Translations under genes and position numbers: made by a program
Assembly (NCBI GenBank): GCA_029246995.1
Contig: JAQWMB010000007.1
Coordinates: forward strand, 51,575-115,574
Origin: Dehalococcoidia bacterium
GTDB lineage: Bacteria; Chloroflexota; Dehalococcoidia; UBA2979
Reading direction: 5' to 3'
DNA length: 64,000 bases
The notes under the pieces: generated by a model
What the model was told of the DNA's origin: nothing
The model's input: only the letters and a program-made list of their open reading frames with translations
Database searches by the model: none
Shown: piece by piece, positions 50,087-60,284 of the stretch
How positions within the stretch are numbered: position 1 is the stretch's first letter
Layout of the letters: the number at the start of each line of letters is the position of its first letter

Positions 50087-52285
50087 TTAATTAATTTTAT
50101 CAGATTTATCGATTGTACCTAGAGATAGTTGTGTACCATCTTCATTATTGTCATTAATAATATTTTCATCAACTCCTACAGAATAAATTCCTCTATCAAT
50201 TAATTCCTGCTTAGTAGGTTCTGGATAACCAACTCTAGGATGAAACACTGCAATAAGTGCTGTGGATATAGAATCTGCGGCGATTCTAATCTCTTTAATA
50301 GATAAATCACATTCATCTAACTGATCTTCATCAAATCGCTCCTTAATAACTGTATCAACAATCTCAATTATTTTTTCACTAGAATGATCTGAGCTAGCCC
50401 TTACTGCCGCTTCAGAACTATCAGCCAACATGACTAACGCTACTTCTTTCGATTGTGGTTTTGGCCCAGGATATCTAAATAATTCAGTGTCAATTTCTGG
50501 TGTTTTTTCCGCAGCAATTCTGTAAAAAAAACTTGCTAATCGAGTACCATGATGTTGCTGGATGAACTGTACAATGACATCAGGCAAACCATCTTTCTTC
50601 GCTATTTCAACACCTGCGGTCACATGTTGATGAATTACTCTTGTGCTCTGTAACGGATCTAAGGATTCATGCGGACTTTTCTCTTTCAAATTCTCAGCAA
50701 AGAATGAAGGAGATACTAATTTACCAATATCATGATAGTATGCGCCAACTCTTGCTAATAAAGAATCAGCAGATATTCTATCTGCAGCACGCTCAACTAA
50801 TGTGCCTACTAATAAAGAATGCTGAAATGTTCCTGGCGCTTCATCTTGTAGTCTTCTCAATAATTTATTATCTAACTGCGCTAGCTCCATCAATTTAACT
50901 CTTGTCAGAATACCAAAAGGAACACTCAAAAAATTTACTAAACCTAGAGCAAGGATAGAAGAAAATAAGCCGCCTCCTATAGTACTCATAGAAATCAATA
51001 TTAAATCATAAAATGAAATAACTGATTGATTTAACCAATAAATAATTGAAATAAGGACTGAAACTCCAGAACTAATCAAACCAGCATATAAATATTGCTG
51101 TTGTCGTTCAGCTTGGCGCAAAACAATAATTGCTGTAAGAGAACTTGCAAAAAAAGTAATCCATGTTCTTGAAAATTCTAAACTCGTATTTAATAGTAAC
51201 GAAGCACTAATAGAATCCAGTGATATCAATGCTATCATCATTGACATAAGAGAGGTTAATAAAAGAGCAACACTCAACTCAGTCAATATTAAGGTAACCA
51301 TTGGAAAGGTTACTAAAGGTAATAAATGAAAAATAAATATATTATCCTCATTAAAAAAATTTGTATAGAAAATGTTAAGTATTCCAAATGAAATAATTAG
51401 GATTAATGAAAAAATAACTAATTTTTTTATAGATGAAAGAGACTTTGGTCTCATAAAGTAAACAAAAATAACGAAAATAAAAGAGATAAGAATGCTTTTT
51501 AAAACAGTAACAAGAATAACAGTCATGTCAAACTGTGCTTTTAATAATCCAACTTGGTCAAGCATTTCAAAATTTTCATCAGAAACTATATCGTTTTTAT
51601 TTAAAATAACATCACCTTGATTAATAGAAATTAATTCAACAGGTTGCATAGCTTTAGCCTGTTCGCGCAAAAGTATAGTTCGTTCTTGATCAATAATGAG
51701 AGTAGGTTTAATAAAAGATATAACAATTTGATTAATTACACTTTGATGTTCTTCAGAATATGAAACAGGTATATAAATCTGAGTACTCCTTTTTATAGCT
51801 TCAGACTCTTCATAAGTGAGAGAACTAGTAAGAATTTTAGTAAGTATATTCTTAGTTTCCAAAGAGACTTGATCCCAAAGCTCATTATCCATTGAAAGAA
51901 TACTACTAATTACTGAATCATCCAAGACCACTATTTCTAGCTTTTTTATTTCAGATTCCTTAACTGAAGATGCGGTAACTGGATTAGATTTAATTTGATT
52001 AATGTTATTCAATTGTTTATCAAGAAGGGCAACTTGTGTATCCCTAATGTCAGGATTGAGAATATAGATATCTTCAATAGCATCAGCTGCAACTTGTCTT
52101 CGCTGATTAGTAAGTAATTCAGAATTATATTGCGTGCTAATTGGAGAAATAATAGTAAAAGCTATTGGTTCACCTATGACAATTTGTGATTGTCCTTTTT
52201 GCCATGGGAACAGAACACTGGACAGTAAGACTGTCAATAATAAACCATAAAATAAAATAAACTTATTAGAAAAAGAATTCGGCAT
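50087..52285 (-). CDS. 7TM-receptor HD-domain phosphohydrolase (7TMR-HDED / 7TM-7TMR_HD / HDc; PgpH-like)
   Basis: 732 aa. Extracellular N-terminal domain, 7 TM helices, C-terminal HD motif (AYYHDIGK ... HHG). Confidence 0.75.
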   Translation of the reverse strand: MPNSFSNKFILFYGLLLTVLLSSVLFPWQKGQSQIVIGEPIAFTIISPISTQYNSELLTNQRRQVAADAIEDIYILNPDIRDTQVALLDKQLNNINQIKSNPVTASSVKESEIKKLEIVVLDDSVISSILSMDNELWDQVSLETKNILTKILTSSLTYEESEAIKRSTQIYIPVSYSEEHQSVINQIVISFIKPTLIIDQERTILLREQAKAMQPVELISINQGDVILNKNDIVSDENFEMLDQVGLLKAQFDMTVILVTVLKSILISFIFVIFVYFMRPKSLSSIKKLVIFSLILIISFGILNIFYTNFFNEDNIFIFHLLPLVTFPMVTLILTELSVALLLTSLMSMMIALISLDSISASLLLNTSLEFSRTWITFFASSLTAIIVLRQAERQQQYLYAGLISSGVSVLISIIYWLNQSVISFYDLILISMSTIGGGLFSSILALGLVNFLSVPFGILTRVKLMELAQLDNKLLRRLQDEAPGTFQHSLLVGTLVERAADRISADSLLARVGAYYHDIGKLVSPSFFAENLKEKSPHESLDPLQSTRVIHQHVTAGVEIAKKDGLPDVIVQFIQQHHGTRLASFFYRIAAEKTPEIDTELFRYPGPKPQSKEVALVMLADSSEAAVRASSDHSSEKIIEIVDTVIKERFDEDQLDECDLSIKEIRIAADSISTALIAVFHPRVGYPEPTKQELIDRGIYSVGVDENIINDNNEDGTQLSLGTIDKSDKIN

Positions 52286-52318
52286 ATACTATATCTCTAT
52301 GGACATTTTCATTCAATT

Positions 52319-53026
52319 TTAAGATTGAGAATGTTCTTCTTCACTGTTTGAATCTTGAATTTCTTCACTATTTGAATCTTGAGTTTCTTCACTGTTTGAA
52401 TCTTGAGTTTCTTCACTGTTTGAATCTTGAGTTTCTTCAGTCTCATTAAGAGAACTCAATTCTTCTTTTATTTCATTATCTTCATCAAATAATATTGCAT
52501 CACCTGTAGAATCTGATGTTGTAACAATGCCAGCATCAAAATCATTAATCATTTTCTTCGTTACCGCTTCTACATCCTCAGTTTGCTCATCAATAACTAC
52601 AATTTTAATATCTTTAATGACATTTATTGAAAGCCTAATGCTAGCCTCATAGACACCAGCCTCACGAATAATTTCTGAAATTAATATGAATCTTTTATCA
52701 ATTGGTTCAGAAAGTTCTTCAGTCAATTTTTCAGCAATATCTGAATGGTTGACTGAGCCGTACAATCGGCCTTGTTGCCCAACTGCAACTTTAAAAACCA
52801 GCTCATTTTCAATTTTTGGTGAGACAATTTCAGCCCATTCATCTCTTTCTTTTTGCTGCTCTAATTCTTTAGTCTGTAAAACTTCAACATTTTTTAAATT
52901 TTTTTCTGTTGCAGGTACTGCAAGGCCATTTGGGAGAAGATAATTTCTAGCATAACCATTTGCTACATCTTTAACCTCACCCATTGAAGCAGAACCTTCA
53001 ATGCTTTCTAAAAATAAAACCTTCAT
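52319..53026 (-). CDS. rplI: 50S ribosomal protein L9 with a C-terminal acidic (EETQDSNS)x4 repeat tail
   Basis: N-terminal MKVLFLESIEG... Total 235 aa against the usual length of about 150 aa. Confidence 0.85.
   Translation of the reverse strand: MKVLFLESIEGSASMGEVKDVANGYARNYLLPNGLAVPATEKNLKNVEVLQTKELEQQKERDEWAEIVSPKIENELVFKVAVGQQGRLYGSVNHSDIAEKLTEELSEPIDKRFILISEIIREAGVYEASIRLSINVIKDIKIVVIDEQTEDVEAVTKKMINDFDAGIVTTSDSTGDAILFDEDNEIKEELSSLNETEETQDSNSEETQDSNSEETQDSNSEEIQDSNSEEEHSQS
52336..52439. repeat. 4 x 24-bp in-frame tandem repeat (ttcttcactgtttgaatcttgagt) encoding (SEETQDSN)4 at the rplI 3' end
   Basis: Direct reading. Confidence 0.9.
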
Positions 53027-53052
53027 ATTACATCCCTATACATTAATTAAAA

Positions 53053-53496
53053 TTAAGATAAAATTTCTTTAAGTAGACTACTAACTCTATTTCCATCAGC
53101 ACGACCATCAACTTTTTGCATTAATGGTTTCATGATTTTACCAAATTCACTAACTTCTTTATTAAACCCTGAACTGATAACTTCTTCAATTAATTCTTTA
53201 ATAACAAAATCAGAAAGCTCTTCCGGTAAAAAATCGGAAATAATAGCAAGTTCATTCTTTTCTTTTTCAGCTAATTCTTTCCTTTGTGCTTTTTCAAACT
53301 CAACTATTGCTTCTTTTCTTTTTCTTGCTTCTTTCTTAAAAACCTTCATAATTTCTTGATCAGATAATTCGTGACCTAAGGCAATTTTTTCATTATTGAT
53401 TTCAGAAATAAGCATTCTGAGAGTATCCCGAGACAAAGAATCTCCAGACTTCATAGAAATTTTTAAATCATTTTTAATTTTTTCAAGAATAGACAA
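53053..53496 (-). CDS. GatB/YqeY domain protein
   Basis: 147 aa, helical. Occupies the yqeY position next to rpsU. Confidence 0.6.
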   Translation of the reverse strand: MSILEKIKNDLKISMKSGDSLSRDTLRMLISEINNEKIALGHELSDQEIMKVFKKEARKRKEAIVEFEKAQRKELAEKEKNELAIISDFLPEELSDFVIKELIEEVISSGFNKEVSEFGKIMKPLMQKVDGRADGNRVSSLLKEILS

Positions 53497-53507
53497 TTTG
53501 AAACCTT

Positions 53508-53717
53508 CTATCTACGAAAATCAAAATCACTTTTTCTATTATTTTTTCTAATCTTTCTTATACGAGAAGCTTCTTTTTTCTTCCGTTTTTCAGAAGGTTT
53601 TTCATAATATTCATTTTGTCTAGATTCAGTCAATATTCCATCTGACTGAACTTTTCTGTTAAATCTCTTTAATGCAGAATCTAATGACTCTGAATCATTT
53701 ACTCTAATTTCTACCAC
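53508..53717 (-). CDS. rpsU: 30S ribosomal protein S21
   Basis: 69 aa, basic, with a SDGILTE...[10 protein letters not shown] core. Confidence 0.8.
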   Translation of the reverse strand: MVEIRVNDSESLDSALKRFNRKVQSDGILTESRQNEYYEKPSEKRKKKEASRIRKIRKNNRKSDFDFRR

Positions 53718-53796
53718 TCAAATCACCAACTTCCTAATAGCAGTTCCTAAAGGTTATTCGACATTTCAGCATAGATCAAGAGCATGCAAGAATCAT

Positions 53797-55329
53797 CTAC
53801 TTAGAATATGCAATATTACCAGAAATCAGCGTCATCACAACAGAAGTTTTTTCTGGTTCATGAATAGGATTTCGATCTACTAAAATAATATCAGCCATAT
53901 ATCCCGACTTTAAAAATCCTCGATTAGATAAATTATTTACTTTTGCTCCTGTTGCAGTCCATGCTTGTATAGCTTGTAATGGTTCAACTTTCTCAAAAAA
54001 ATTAAGCTCTTTTGGTCTTTGAATTGATGCATAAGAAATAGATAGTAAAGGAGACTGAGATGTAACTGGTGAATCAGAAGAAAAAGCTAACACGCCTCCT
54101 TGATCAATAAAACTTTTCCAAGGATGTAAATATCTCATATCTTTTTCCGTAATTAACTTTTTATATCTATTTTGAGCTTCATACAAAATTCCTGGTTGTG
54201 CTACTATAGAAATTTTTTTACTAATTAAATTATTCATCTGGTCATCGTTCAACATAGGCGCATGTTCAATTCTTTTAATGATAGTTGTTTTAGTTTCTTT
54301 AATTAATCCAATTATGTAGTCAATAGTATTATTACTGATGACGTGAACAGCTAATTTACGTTCCTGTTTTTCGCACATAGCAATAATCGATTTTAATTCA
54401 TTTCTATCTTCTTCAACTAATGATTCAAACTCATTTAGTATTAACTTTGTATGGCCTCGTAAGACTCTTCCATTTAATCCATTTCTTGGAAATCTTTTCT
54501 CATTAAGTAAATGAATAGATTCCATTAGGATAATATTTGGTATAAATGCATTTGCCTCTAATAACTCAATAAAAAATTGCCAATCATAAATATTTGAGTC
54601 AGGATTTGCATGAGTAATAGTTGTTATACCTTGAGAAACTTGAATCTTAAGCCATTTCATCATATCGTTTTTACTAAATTTCTCTTTAAATTTCTCCATT
54701 TTTTTATCAATAATTGCATTAAAGCCAATAATATAACCGTCGAGCATTCCAGAATAAATATCTCTACTGAAATAAGCTCCTTCAGGCTCATGAGTCGATT
54801 CATTAATTTCACATATTTTTAATGCTTTAGAATTTAAAAAAGATGCATGACCAGTACGATGAATAATTTGAATAGAATGATTAGATGAAAGTTTATCTAA
54901 CTCATCTCTGCTAGGATACCAGTTACTCTTCATAAGAGTTTCATCAAACCCTACTGCAATTAAGCATTCATCATTTTTTTTTGCCTTAATAGCATCGTAT
55001 AAAATATTCATTACTTTTTCTTTGGTATTAGAAGCTTTGCTAAATGACAAGTTGACACTATTCATAGCTTTTATTGAGGCAAAGCAATGTGTATGTGAGT
55101 CTATAAACCCAGGCAGCACAAAGTGGTTAGACATATCAATTGTTTTATATTTATTTTTTAAGAATCTTTTTGCATCATTTACATCACCGATAAAAACTAT
55201 TCTGTTTTTAATGCATGCAATGCCTATCAAATAATTATAATCTTTTGTGTTATTTTTTGAGGTATATTCAAAAGTACCTAACACTGGCTTAGCAATAATA
55301 AGAAGCCCTTGAGAAACTAAAGGAGGCAT
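53797..55329 (-). CDS. amidohydrolase-family metal-dependent hydrolase (amidohydrolase-3 / YtcJ-like)
   Basis: 510 aa. PGFIDSHTH metal-binding motif. Confidence 0.7.
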   Translation of the reverse strand: MPPLVSQGLLIIAKPVLGTFEYTSKNNTKDYNYLIGIACIKNRIVFIGDVNDAKRFLKNKYKTIDMSNHFVLPGFIDSHTHCFASIKAMNSVNLSFSKASNTKEKVMNILYDAIKAKKNDECLIAVGFDETLMKSNWYPSRDELDKLSSNHSIQIIHRTGHASFLNSKALKICEINESTHEPEGAYFSRDIYSGMLDGYIIGFNAIIDKKMEKFKEKFSKNDMMKWLKIQVSQGITTITHANPDSNIYDWQFFIELLEANAFIPNIILMESIHLLNEKRFPRNGLNGRVLRGHTKLILNEFESLVEEDRNELKSIIAMCEKQERKLAVHVISNNTIDYIIGLIKETKTTIIKRIEHAPMLNDDQMNNLISKKISIVAQPGILYEAQNRYKKLITEKDMRYLHPWKSFIDQGGVLAFSSDSPVTSQSPLLSISYASIQRPKELNFFEKVEPLQAIQAWTATGAKVNNLSNRGFLKSGYMADIILVDRNPIHEPEKTSVVMTLISGNIAYSK

Positions 55330-55349
55330 AAGAAATTATTTTATTTTAA

Positions 55350-55493
55350 TTAGTCAGCTGAAGGTAGAACTTTTGGTTGAAGTTCTTCCATAGGTCGACC
55401 ATCAATATTTAAATCACAATCACCAGGCTTTATACATAAAACCTCTACTTCTGTTGATTCATCTTTATATCTTTTACCTAATTGAACTACCAT
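55350..55493 (-). CDS. small hypothetical protein (47 aa). It is a paralogue of the adjacent zinc-ribbon ORF but has lost the first Cys pair.
   Basis: Hand-translated MVVQLGKRYKDESTEVEVLCIKPGDCDLNIDGRPMEELQPKVLPSAD. Shares the GKRYK N-terminal motif. A GAAGGG SD lies upstream. Confidence 0.4.
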   Translation of the reverse strand: MVVQLGKRYKDESTEVEVLCIKPGDCDLNIDGRPMEELQPKVLPSAD

Positions 55494-55506
55494 TTTTATA
55501 CCCTTC

Positions 55507-55626
55507 TTACATCTGTTCTAGGGGATGATCCCCACATTGTAAAGTTGCTTCATCTGAACCACGAGTGACAATAAACTCTGCTTCACATTCACTACATTTA
55601 TATCTTTTACCAGTCTCAGCTGCCAT
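55507..55626 (-). CDS. small zinc-ribbon-like protein (39 aa; FmdB-like CxxC...C..H)
   Basis: Hand-translated MAAETGKRYKCSECEAEFIVTRGSDEATLQCGDHPLEQM. Not in the ORF track because it is shorter than 60 aa. Confidence 0.45.
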   Translation of the reverse strand: MAAETGKRYKCSECEAEFIVTRGSDEATLQCGDHPLEQM

Positions 55627-55711
55627 AATTTACCTTTCTACAAAATTTGCTCTTAAACAAGTTTAATGAATCAACTACAAAAAAAAAAGTCCAACCGTAT
55701 AAAATCATTGA

Positions 55712-56662
55712 TTAAGGTTCGGTGTATTTAATAAATTCAACAAGGTTCCACATTTCTTCATCACTTAATCCTTGAGCTCTCCATGATGGCATAACTGTCC
55801 CAGCACGACCATTCACAAGAGTTTCAAAATAAAAATCATCATCTTTCGTTAAATAACTAGGTAACAGAGGCAGGCTACCTACTGACTCAATGCCTTGCCT
55901 ATCTACTCCATGGCACACTGCACAGGCAGCTGCATAAAACTGATCAACAGGAAGACCTTTGACCATGGGGCCGGTAGGTACATTAGAAACTATTGCCTCA
56001 TCTTTAACAGATGTTTCATTTTCATCACCAATCAAATTTAATCTTGGATCAGGTCTTGTTCGAAATTTTAAAGCTTGTACAGCATTATACTGCCCGCAAT
56101 TTTCTGATGTTATTGCAAGGCCTGATGGATCAGTCAATAGCACTTCGTCAGGATTCGTATTATTTTCTTCATCGTGTTTTTCAATCTCTTCTTCAACCAA
56201 ATCCCATCTCCCAGTCGTAAGCATAATAGTAAGCTGATCAATTTGAGTTTCAGAAAGTGTACCACCATATTTTTCCGACCAAGCTGGCATATATGTTCCT
56301 GCTCTTCCACATAAAAGAGTATTCTTTACAAACGCTTTAATATCTGTGTAACCAGGAGAATCAACAGAGCCAAATTTTGACGTAGGTTCTGCGCCGTATT
56401 TATTATCCTCTTCTAAAATTAAAAAAGCTGGAGTATTAAGTTTTGCTCCTACAGCTCCTTCTTCTGAACCAAGGCCTTGGTGTCCGTGGCAAGAGCGACA
56501 ATTATTTACATAAATTTTAGCTCCACGCCATGCATTTCTGTCATTTAAATGTTCAGCTTCTTTTTGTTGTCTAGAAGATTCAGAAACTGTATAGCCAAAG
56601 CAAGTACCCATGATTCCAAATAGCAATGCTAAAATAATTGTTATCTGTTTAGTTGTATTCAT
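55712..56662 (-). CDS. diheme c-type cytochrome (membrane-anchored)
   Basis: Two CxxCH motifs (CRSCH, CAVCH). N-terminal signal/anchor. Confidence 0.8.
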   Translation of the reverse strand: MNTTKQITIILALLFGIMGTCFGYTVSESSRQQKEAEHLNDRNAWRGAKIYVNNCRSCHGHQGLGSEEGAVGAKLNTPAFLILEEDNKYGAEPTSKFGSVDSPGYTDIKAFVKNTLLCGRAGTYMPAWSEKYGGTLSETQIDQLTIMLTTGRWDLVEEEIEKHDEENNTNPDEVLLTDPSGLAITSENCGQYNAVQALKFRTRPDPRLNLIGDENETSVKDEAIVSNVPTGPMVKGLPVDQFYAAACAVCHGVDRQGIESVGSLPLLPSYLTKDDDFYFETLVNGRAGTVMPSWRAQGLSDEEMWNLVEFIKYTEP

Positions 56663-56692
56663 GTATAACTACTCCGCAATCTATAAAATTGA

Positions 56693-57427
56693 TTAAGTCA
56701 TTTCTTTCAGCTGATCAATAGTCTTAGCGCGAGATGCATTATCATCTGAGCCAGGAGTAACTTGATCAGTGTGGACAGTAAGATTGCCTTGCGCATCTAC
56801 AGTTAATGCAAATGTATCCATAGACCGAGGGGCAGGACCAAAAACTATTTTGCCTGCCTTGGTATACGTAGAGCCATGACAAGGACATCTGAACCAACCA
56901 TCTGCATCATTAAAATTAAAACCACCTCGCCAAGGAACTGCACATCCCAAATGAGGACATTTTTGCCATAGGGCTAGATAACCTGCTTTACCTTCTCCAC
57001 CTACTATGCTTGTGTCAGCAGGGTCAAGATTGACTATCCAAGTTTGTGCAGCTTTAAATCTAACTGGAGGAGCTCCAGGCTTAAAGTCATTCACATTACC
57101 TGCAGGATATGGACCAGCAAATTTTTCAACACCACGTGGCCAGAAAAAATCTAGAAAAATACCAACGAATCCTAATAAAGTAACACCAAATCCTGTCCAA
57201 AATGTTCCCTTGACAAAAGTCCTTCTAGTGACATTTGGCTTTATTATATGCGCTTGAGCGCTTGGAACTATTGTCTTTTCAGGTACAGCAGTGCTTCGGG
57301 AAGAGAGTGCATCTTTCCAAGCATCAACACTTGCACCTGCAGCTGGTGAAGATCCTATTTCTTGGGAATGATCTTCCTGAGAATCATCATTCTGATTCGA
57401 ATCTATTCCATCAGTATTATCTTCCAT
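56693..57427 (-). CDS. Rieske [2Fe-2S] iron-sulfur protein
   Basis: CPHLGC ... CPCHGS boxes. 244 aa with an N-terminal extension and a TM helix. Confidence 0.85.
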   Translation of the reverse strand: MEDNTDGIDSNQNDDSQEDHSQEIGSSPAAGASVDAWKDALSSRSTAVPEKTIVPSAQAHIIKPNVTRRTFVKGTFWTGFGVTLLGFVGIFLDFFWPRGVEKFAGPYPAGNVNDFKPGAPPVRFKAAQTWIVNLDPADTSIVGGEGKAGYLALWQKCPHLGCAVPWRGGFNFNDADGWFRCPCHGSTYTKAGKIVFGPAPRSMDTFALTVDAQGNLTVHTDQVTPGSDDNASRAKTIDQLKEMT

Positions 57428-57455
57428 TTTTTATCCAATAATTAAAAATCACTCA

Positions 57456-58334
57456 TTACGTTACGGGTGGCTTTACATCCCACGGCCACATTAACTCCAT
57501 CCCAGCACCTCGTAATGCTGTCCCACTAATAGTAAGCATCAACCATGTTGCCATAAATGCAGAAAAAATTAATATCGCATGATCTCTTTTTGTTTGAGCT
57601 ATCTTTGTTTTTGCAGCAATCACTGCTAATAAAATTGGTAAGCCTATCATCGTAGTCATAGGTACAATTTGCTCAATAAAGATCTTTGGAATATCTAAGA
57701 CTAAATTTGATGGCGGAAGCCCTAATAACTCAGTCTTTAATATTTTTTCACCAACAGGGATATTCTTCAGAGCTTCTGGCCATGGTAAATCTGTCTGCAT
57801 AGCTCTTGTGTTACGCAACCAATTTAAAGCACTAGGCCATTCCAAAGTTGTGATTTTTTCAAACAACCAGACATGCTTGGACTCATTAAATAAAATTAGA
57901 AACAGTGTACCAAAAAAACCTACAAAACCACCCACTTTAGCATTTATTTTTGCTCGTTTAGATGCCCACCATGCGCCCTCTCCTTCATGAGTATTGTCTA
58001 TGTACGGAATTGCCATTAATGCACCTACAGCAATTGTTGGTACTAAAACACCTGCAATTGCAGGATGCATATGTAATAACAATTCCTGTAAGTTTAAGAA
58101 ATACCAAGGAGCTTTTGATGGATTAGGAGTATGGGCTGGATTAGCTCTGTCTTGTAAAGGAGCATTTATTAAAATTGATAAAATAGTAAGCGTAAGCATG
58201 AATAGTAGAGCTGAAATAAACTCAATAAAAACCAGATCTGGCCATACTAAAAGTTCTTCTTCTCTTTTTCTTGTTTTTCTATCCTGAACAGCCTTTGAAT
58301 AAGATTGTTCAATTGATTCAGAATCAGAAACCAT
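57456..58334 (-). CDS. cytochrome b C-terminal half (b6f subunit IV-like, extended with extra TM helices)
   Basis: PWYFL (PEWY-type) motif. 292 aa. Follows the b6-like gene. Confidence 0.75.
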   Translation of the reverse strand: MVSDSESIEQSYSKAVQDRKTRKREEELLVWPDLVFIEFISALLFMLTLTILSILINAPLQDRANPAHTPNPSKAPWYFLNLQELLLHMHPAIAGVLVPTIAVGALMAIPYIDNTHEGEGAWWASKRAKINAKVGGFVGFFGTLFLILFNESKHVWLFEKITTLEWPSALNWLRNTRAMQTDLPWPEALKNIPVGEKILKTELLGLPPSNLVLDIPKIFIEQIVPMTTMIGLPILLAVIAAKTKIAQTKRDHAILIFSAFMATWLMLTISGTALRGAGMELMWPWDVKPPVT

Positions 58335-58373
58335 AAACTATTTTCCAAACTATATACAATTTTAATTATTTCT

Positions 58374-59126
58374 TTAAAGTGGCCGCGCCAAGCCTCCATC
58401 ACGCCTTATTCTCCAAAAATGAACAGCCATGAACACAGTAGTAATTAGCGGCAAACCTATCACATGTAAAGTATAGAACCTAATTAAGGCATTCGCACCG
58501 ACTTCATATCCTCCAATTAAGATGAATCTGTTTGCTTCACCAAAAAGAGGCGCAGAGCCTACCATTTGAGTACCAACTGTAATTGCCCAAAAAGCCAATT
58601 CATCCCAGGGTAATAAGTATCCTGTAAAAGAAAGTAACAAGGTCAGAACTAATAATAGAACTCCAACAACCCAATTAAATTCACGAGGTGGTTTATACGA
58701 ACCCGTATAAAAAACTCTCATCATATGCATAAATACTAACAAGACCATAGAGTGAGCCATCCATCTATGTAGATTCCTCATCAAAAAACCAAATCTAACT
58801 TCAGATTGAATAATTTGCATATCCTCATATGCTCTTTCTACAGAAGGAACATAATAAAACATAAGAAGAACGCCAGTTATTGTTAAACCAAGAAACATAA
58901 AAAAGGAGAGACCACCTAAGCAGAATGTATGTGTAATTTTGACATGAGTTCTGTTAATCCGAGTTGGGTGTAAATGCAAAAAAACATTAGTAGCAACCAT
59001 AAGCATTTGATTTCTAGGTGTATTTGGATATCCAGAACGAATGATAGACTTGACGACCCTACCATTCATAATATAATTATAGATTCTTTCTTCTAAAGGC
59101 TTCTTAGGAGGTTTTTCAATTGTCAT
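58374..59126 (-). CDS. cytochrome b N-terminal half (cytochrome b6-like, four-helix, bis-heme)
   Basis: Heme-ligand His pairs ([10 protein letters not shown] ... FYTLHV). 250 aa. Confidence 0.85.
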   Translation of the reverse strand: MTIEKPPKKPLEERIYNYIMNGRVVKSIIRSGYPNTPRNQMLMVATNVFLHLHPTRINRTHVKITHTFCLGGLSFFMFLGLTITGVLLMFYYVPSVERAYEDMQIIQSEVRFGFLMRNLHRWMAHSMVLLVFMHMMRVFYTGSYKPPREFNWVVGVLLLVLTLLLSFTGYLLPWDELAFWAITVGTQMVGSAPLFGEANRFILIGGYEVGANALIRFYTLHVIGLPLITTVFMAVHFWRIRRDGGLARPL

Positions 59127-59239
59127 TAATGCACCTACATTACTTAAATTTACAAATTTTACTCAGGTAAATCATTATATAGTATATCGATTAAACAGGT
59201 ACTTTCATTACTAGAATTTAATAATTTATATATAAATTA

Positions 59240-59344
59240 TTAAATTTTCCACCAATTACCTAATAAAACAAGTATACCTAACGAACCAAAAATAGTTATA
59301 AGAACGCCAATTAACTCAAGTGTTTCACCAACTTCACCAAGCAT
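59240..59344 (-). CDS. small hydrophobic single-TM peptide (34 aa). Possibly an accessory subunit of the downstream cytochrome b complex.
   Basis: Hand-translated MLGEVGETLELIGVLITIFGSLGILVLLGNWWKI. Same strand as the cytochrome b operon and just upstream of it. Confidence 0.3.
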   Translation of the reverse strand: MLGEVGETLELIGVLITIFGSLGILVLLGNWWKI

Positions 59345-59539
59345 ACAATGGCCTCTTTTCAATTCTGCTCTACACTATTAAAACCAGCAAATATAATCAA
59401 TGGTTTTAATATAAAAACTTTCAAGACTATTTTATGCATCTAAGGCTTTAATAACTAGGGCTTGTGTAAGCAATTTTTAACAACAGTCATGCCTAATAAA
59501 TAAAGTTAGTCTTAACAATAAATGATAATAAAATATTTT

Positions 59540-60256
59540 TTAATTATCCAAAGTAGAAGTAAATTTTAATCTAAGTAAATTTTTCAAATATATAATACTA
59601 TTCTTTAATGAATAGAGATGAAAACCATCTAAATCTTCCCATCTAACGGGTACTTCTAAAATCCTATAATTATAATTTTCAACAAGCCAAATAAACTCAG
59701 TGTCAAAAAAAGCTTCATTATCCTCAATTCTTGGTATAAGATCTAAGACTACTGTTGAGCTAGCTGCTTTCATGCCAAAAGTTAAATCATAGATTTTTGA
59801 ATTAGTAAAAAATTTATAAAGTCTTATAACAAATTGAATAGTCATCCTTTTATATATTTTTTGAGTCACAATCGATTTTTTTAAACCTCTCGAACCAACA
59901 GCGACATCAAAGATTTCAAGGCTAATCGGCCTCACAATATCTAATAAAAGATCAATATCTTCAATCAATTCAAGGTTTATATAAGAGTAGATATCAACAT
60001 TATAGTTAAGCCAAGTATTTTTTAATTTAAATCCTTTTCCGTGAAAGAATACTCTAGCGAATTCAATTGAAACACCATTATTAGTTTTTATCATAGATTG
60101 AATTTTTGGGTCAACATCATCATTACTTGAATGCACAAAAACAATTTGCCATCGATATAAATTATTTTTTTGACACCAATCACGAAGAAATTTAATATTA
60201 TCTTCAGTCACCAACTGGGTATTTTTTACAACAATAGCAATTAATACTGATTTCAT
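59540..60256 (-). CDS. GT2-family glycosyltransferase (polyprenyl-phosphate sugar transferase-like)
   Basis: 238 aa. GT-A-like layout with DxD-type acidic motifs. Confidence 0.55.
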   Translation of the reverse strand: MKSVLIAIVVKNTQLVTEDNIKFLRDWCQKNNLYRWQIVFVHSSNDDVDPKIQSMIKTNNGVSIEFARVFFHGKGFKLKNTWLNYNVDIYSYINLELIEDIDLLLDIVRPISLEIFDVAVGSRGLKKSIVTQKIYKRMTIQFVIRLYKFFTNSKIYDLTFGMKAASSTVVLDLIPRIEDNEAFFDTEFIWLVENYNYRILEVPVRWEDLDGFHLYSLKNSIIYLKNLLRLKFTSTLDN

Positions 60257-60284
60257 AAATGCTCCCTAGAAGGCAACAAGCGAC

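Noticed and set aside
523-57990. About 45 short ORFs (60-107 aa) from the six-frame track that lie inside or antisense to the large annotated genes (e.g. 523-711, 2017-2338, 6784-7107, 10607-10897, 11872-12185, 14872-15096, 22052-22333, 31543-31958, 41481-41690, 50641-50898, 57006-57441)
   Set aside because: Each is fully embedded in a longer, clearly homologous CDS on the same or opposite strand. They have low-complexity, AT-rich-codon-driven translations and no RBS or conservation signal.
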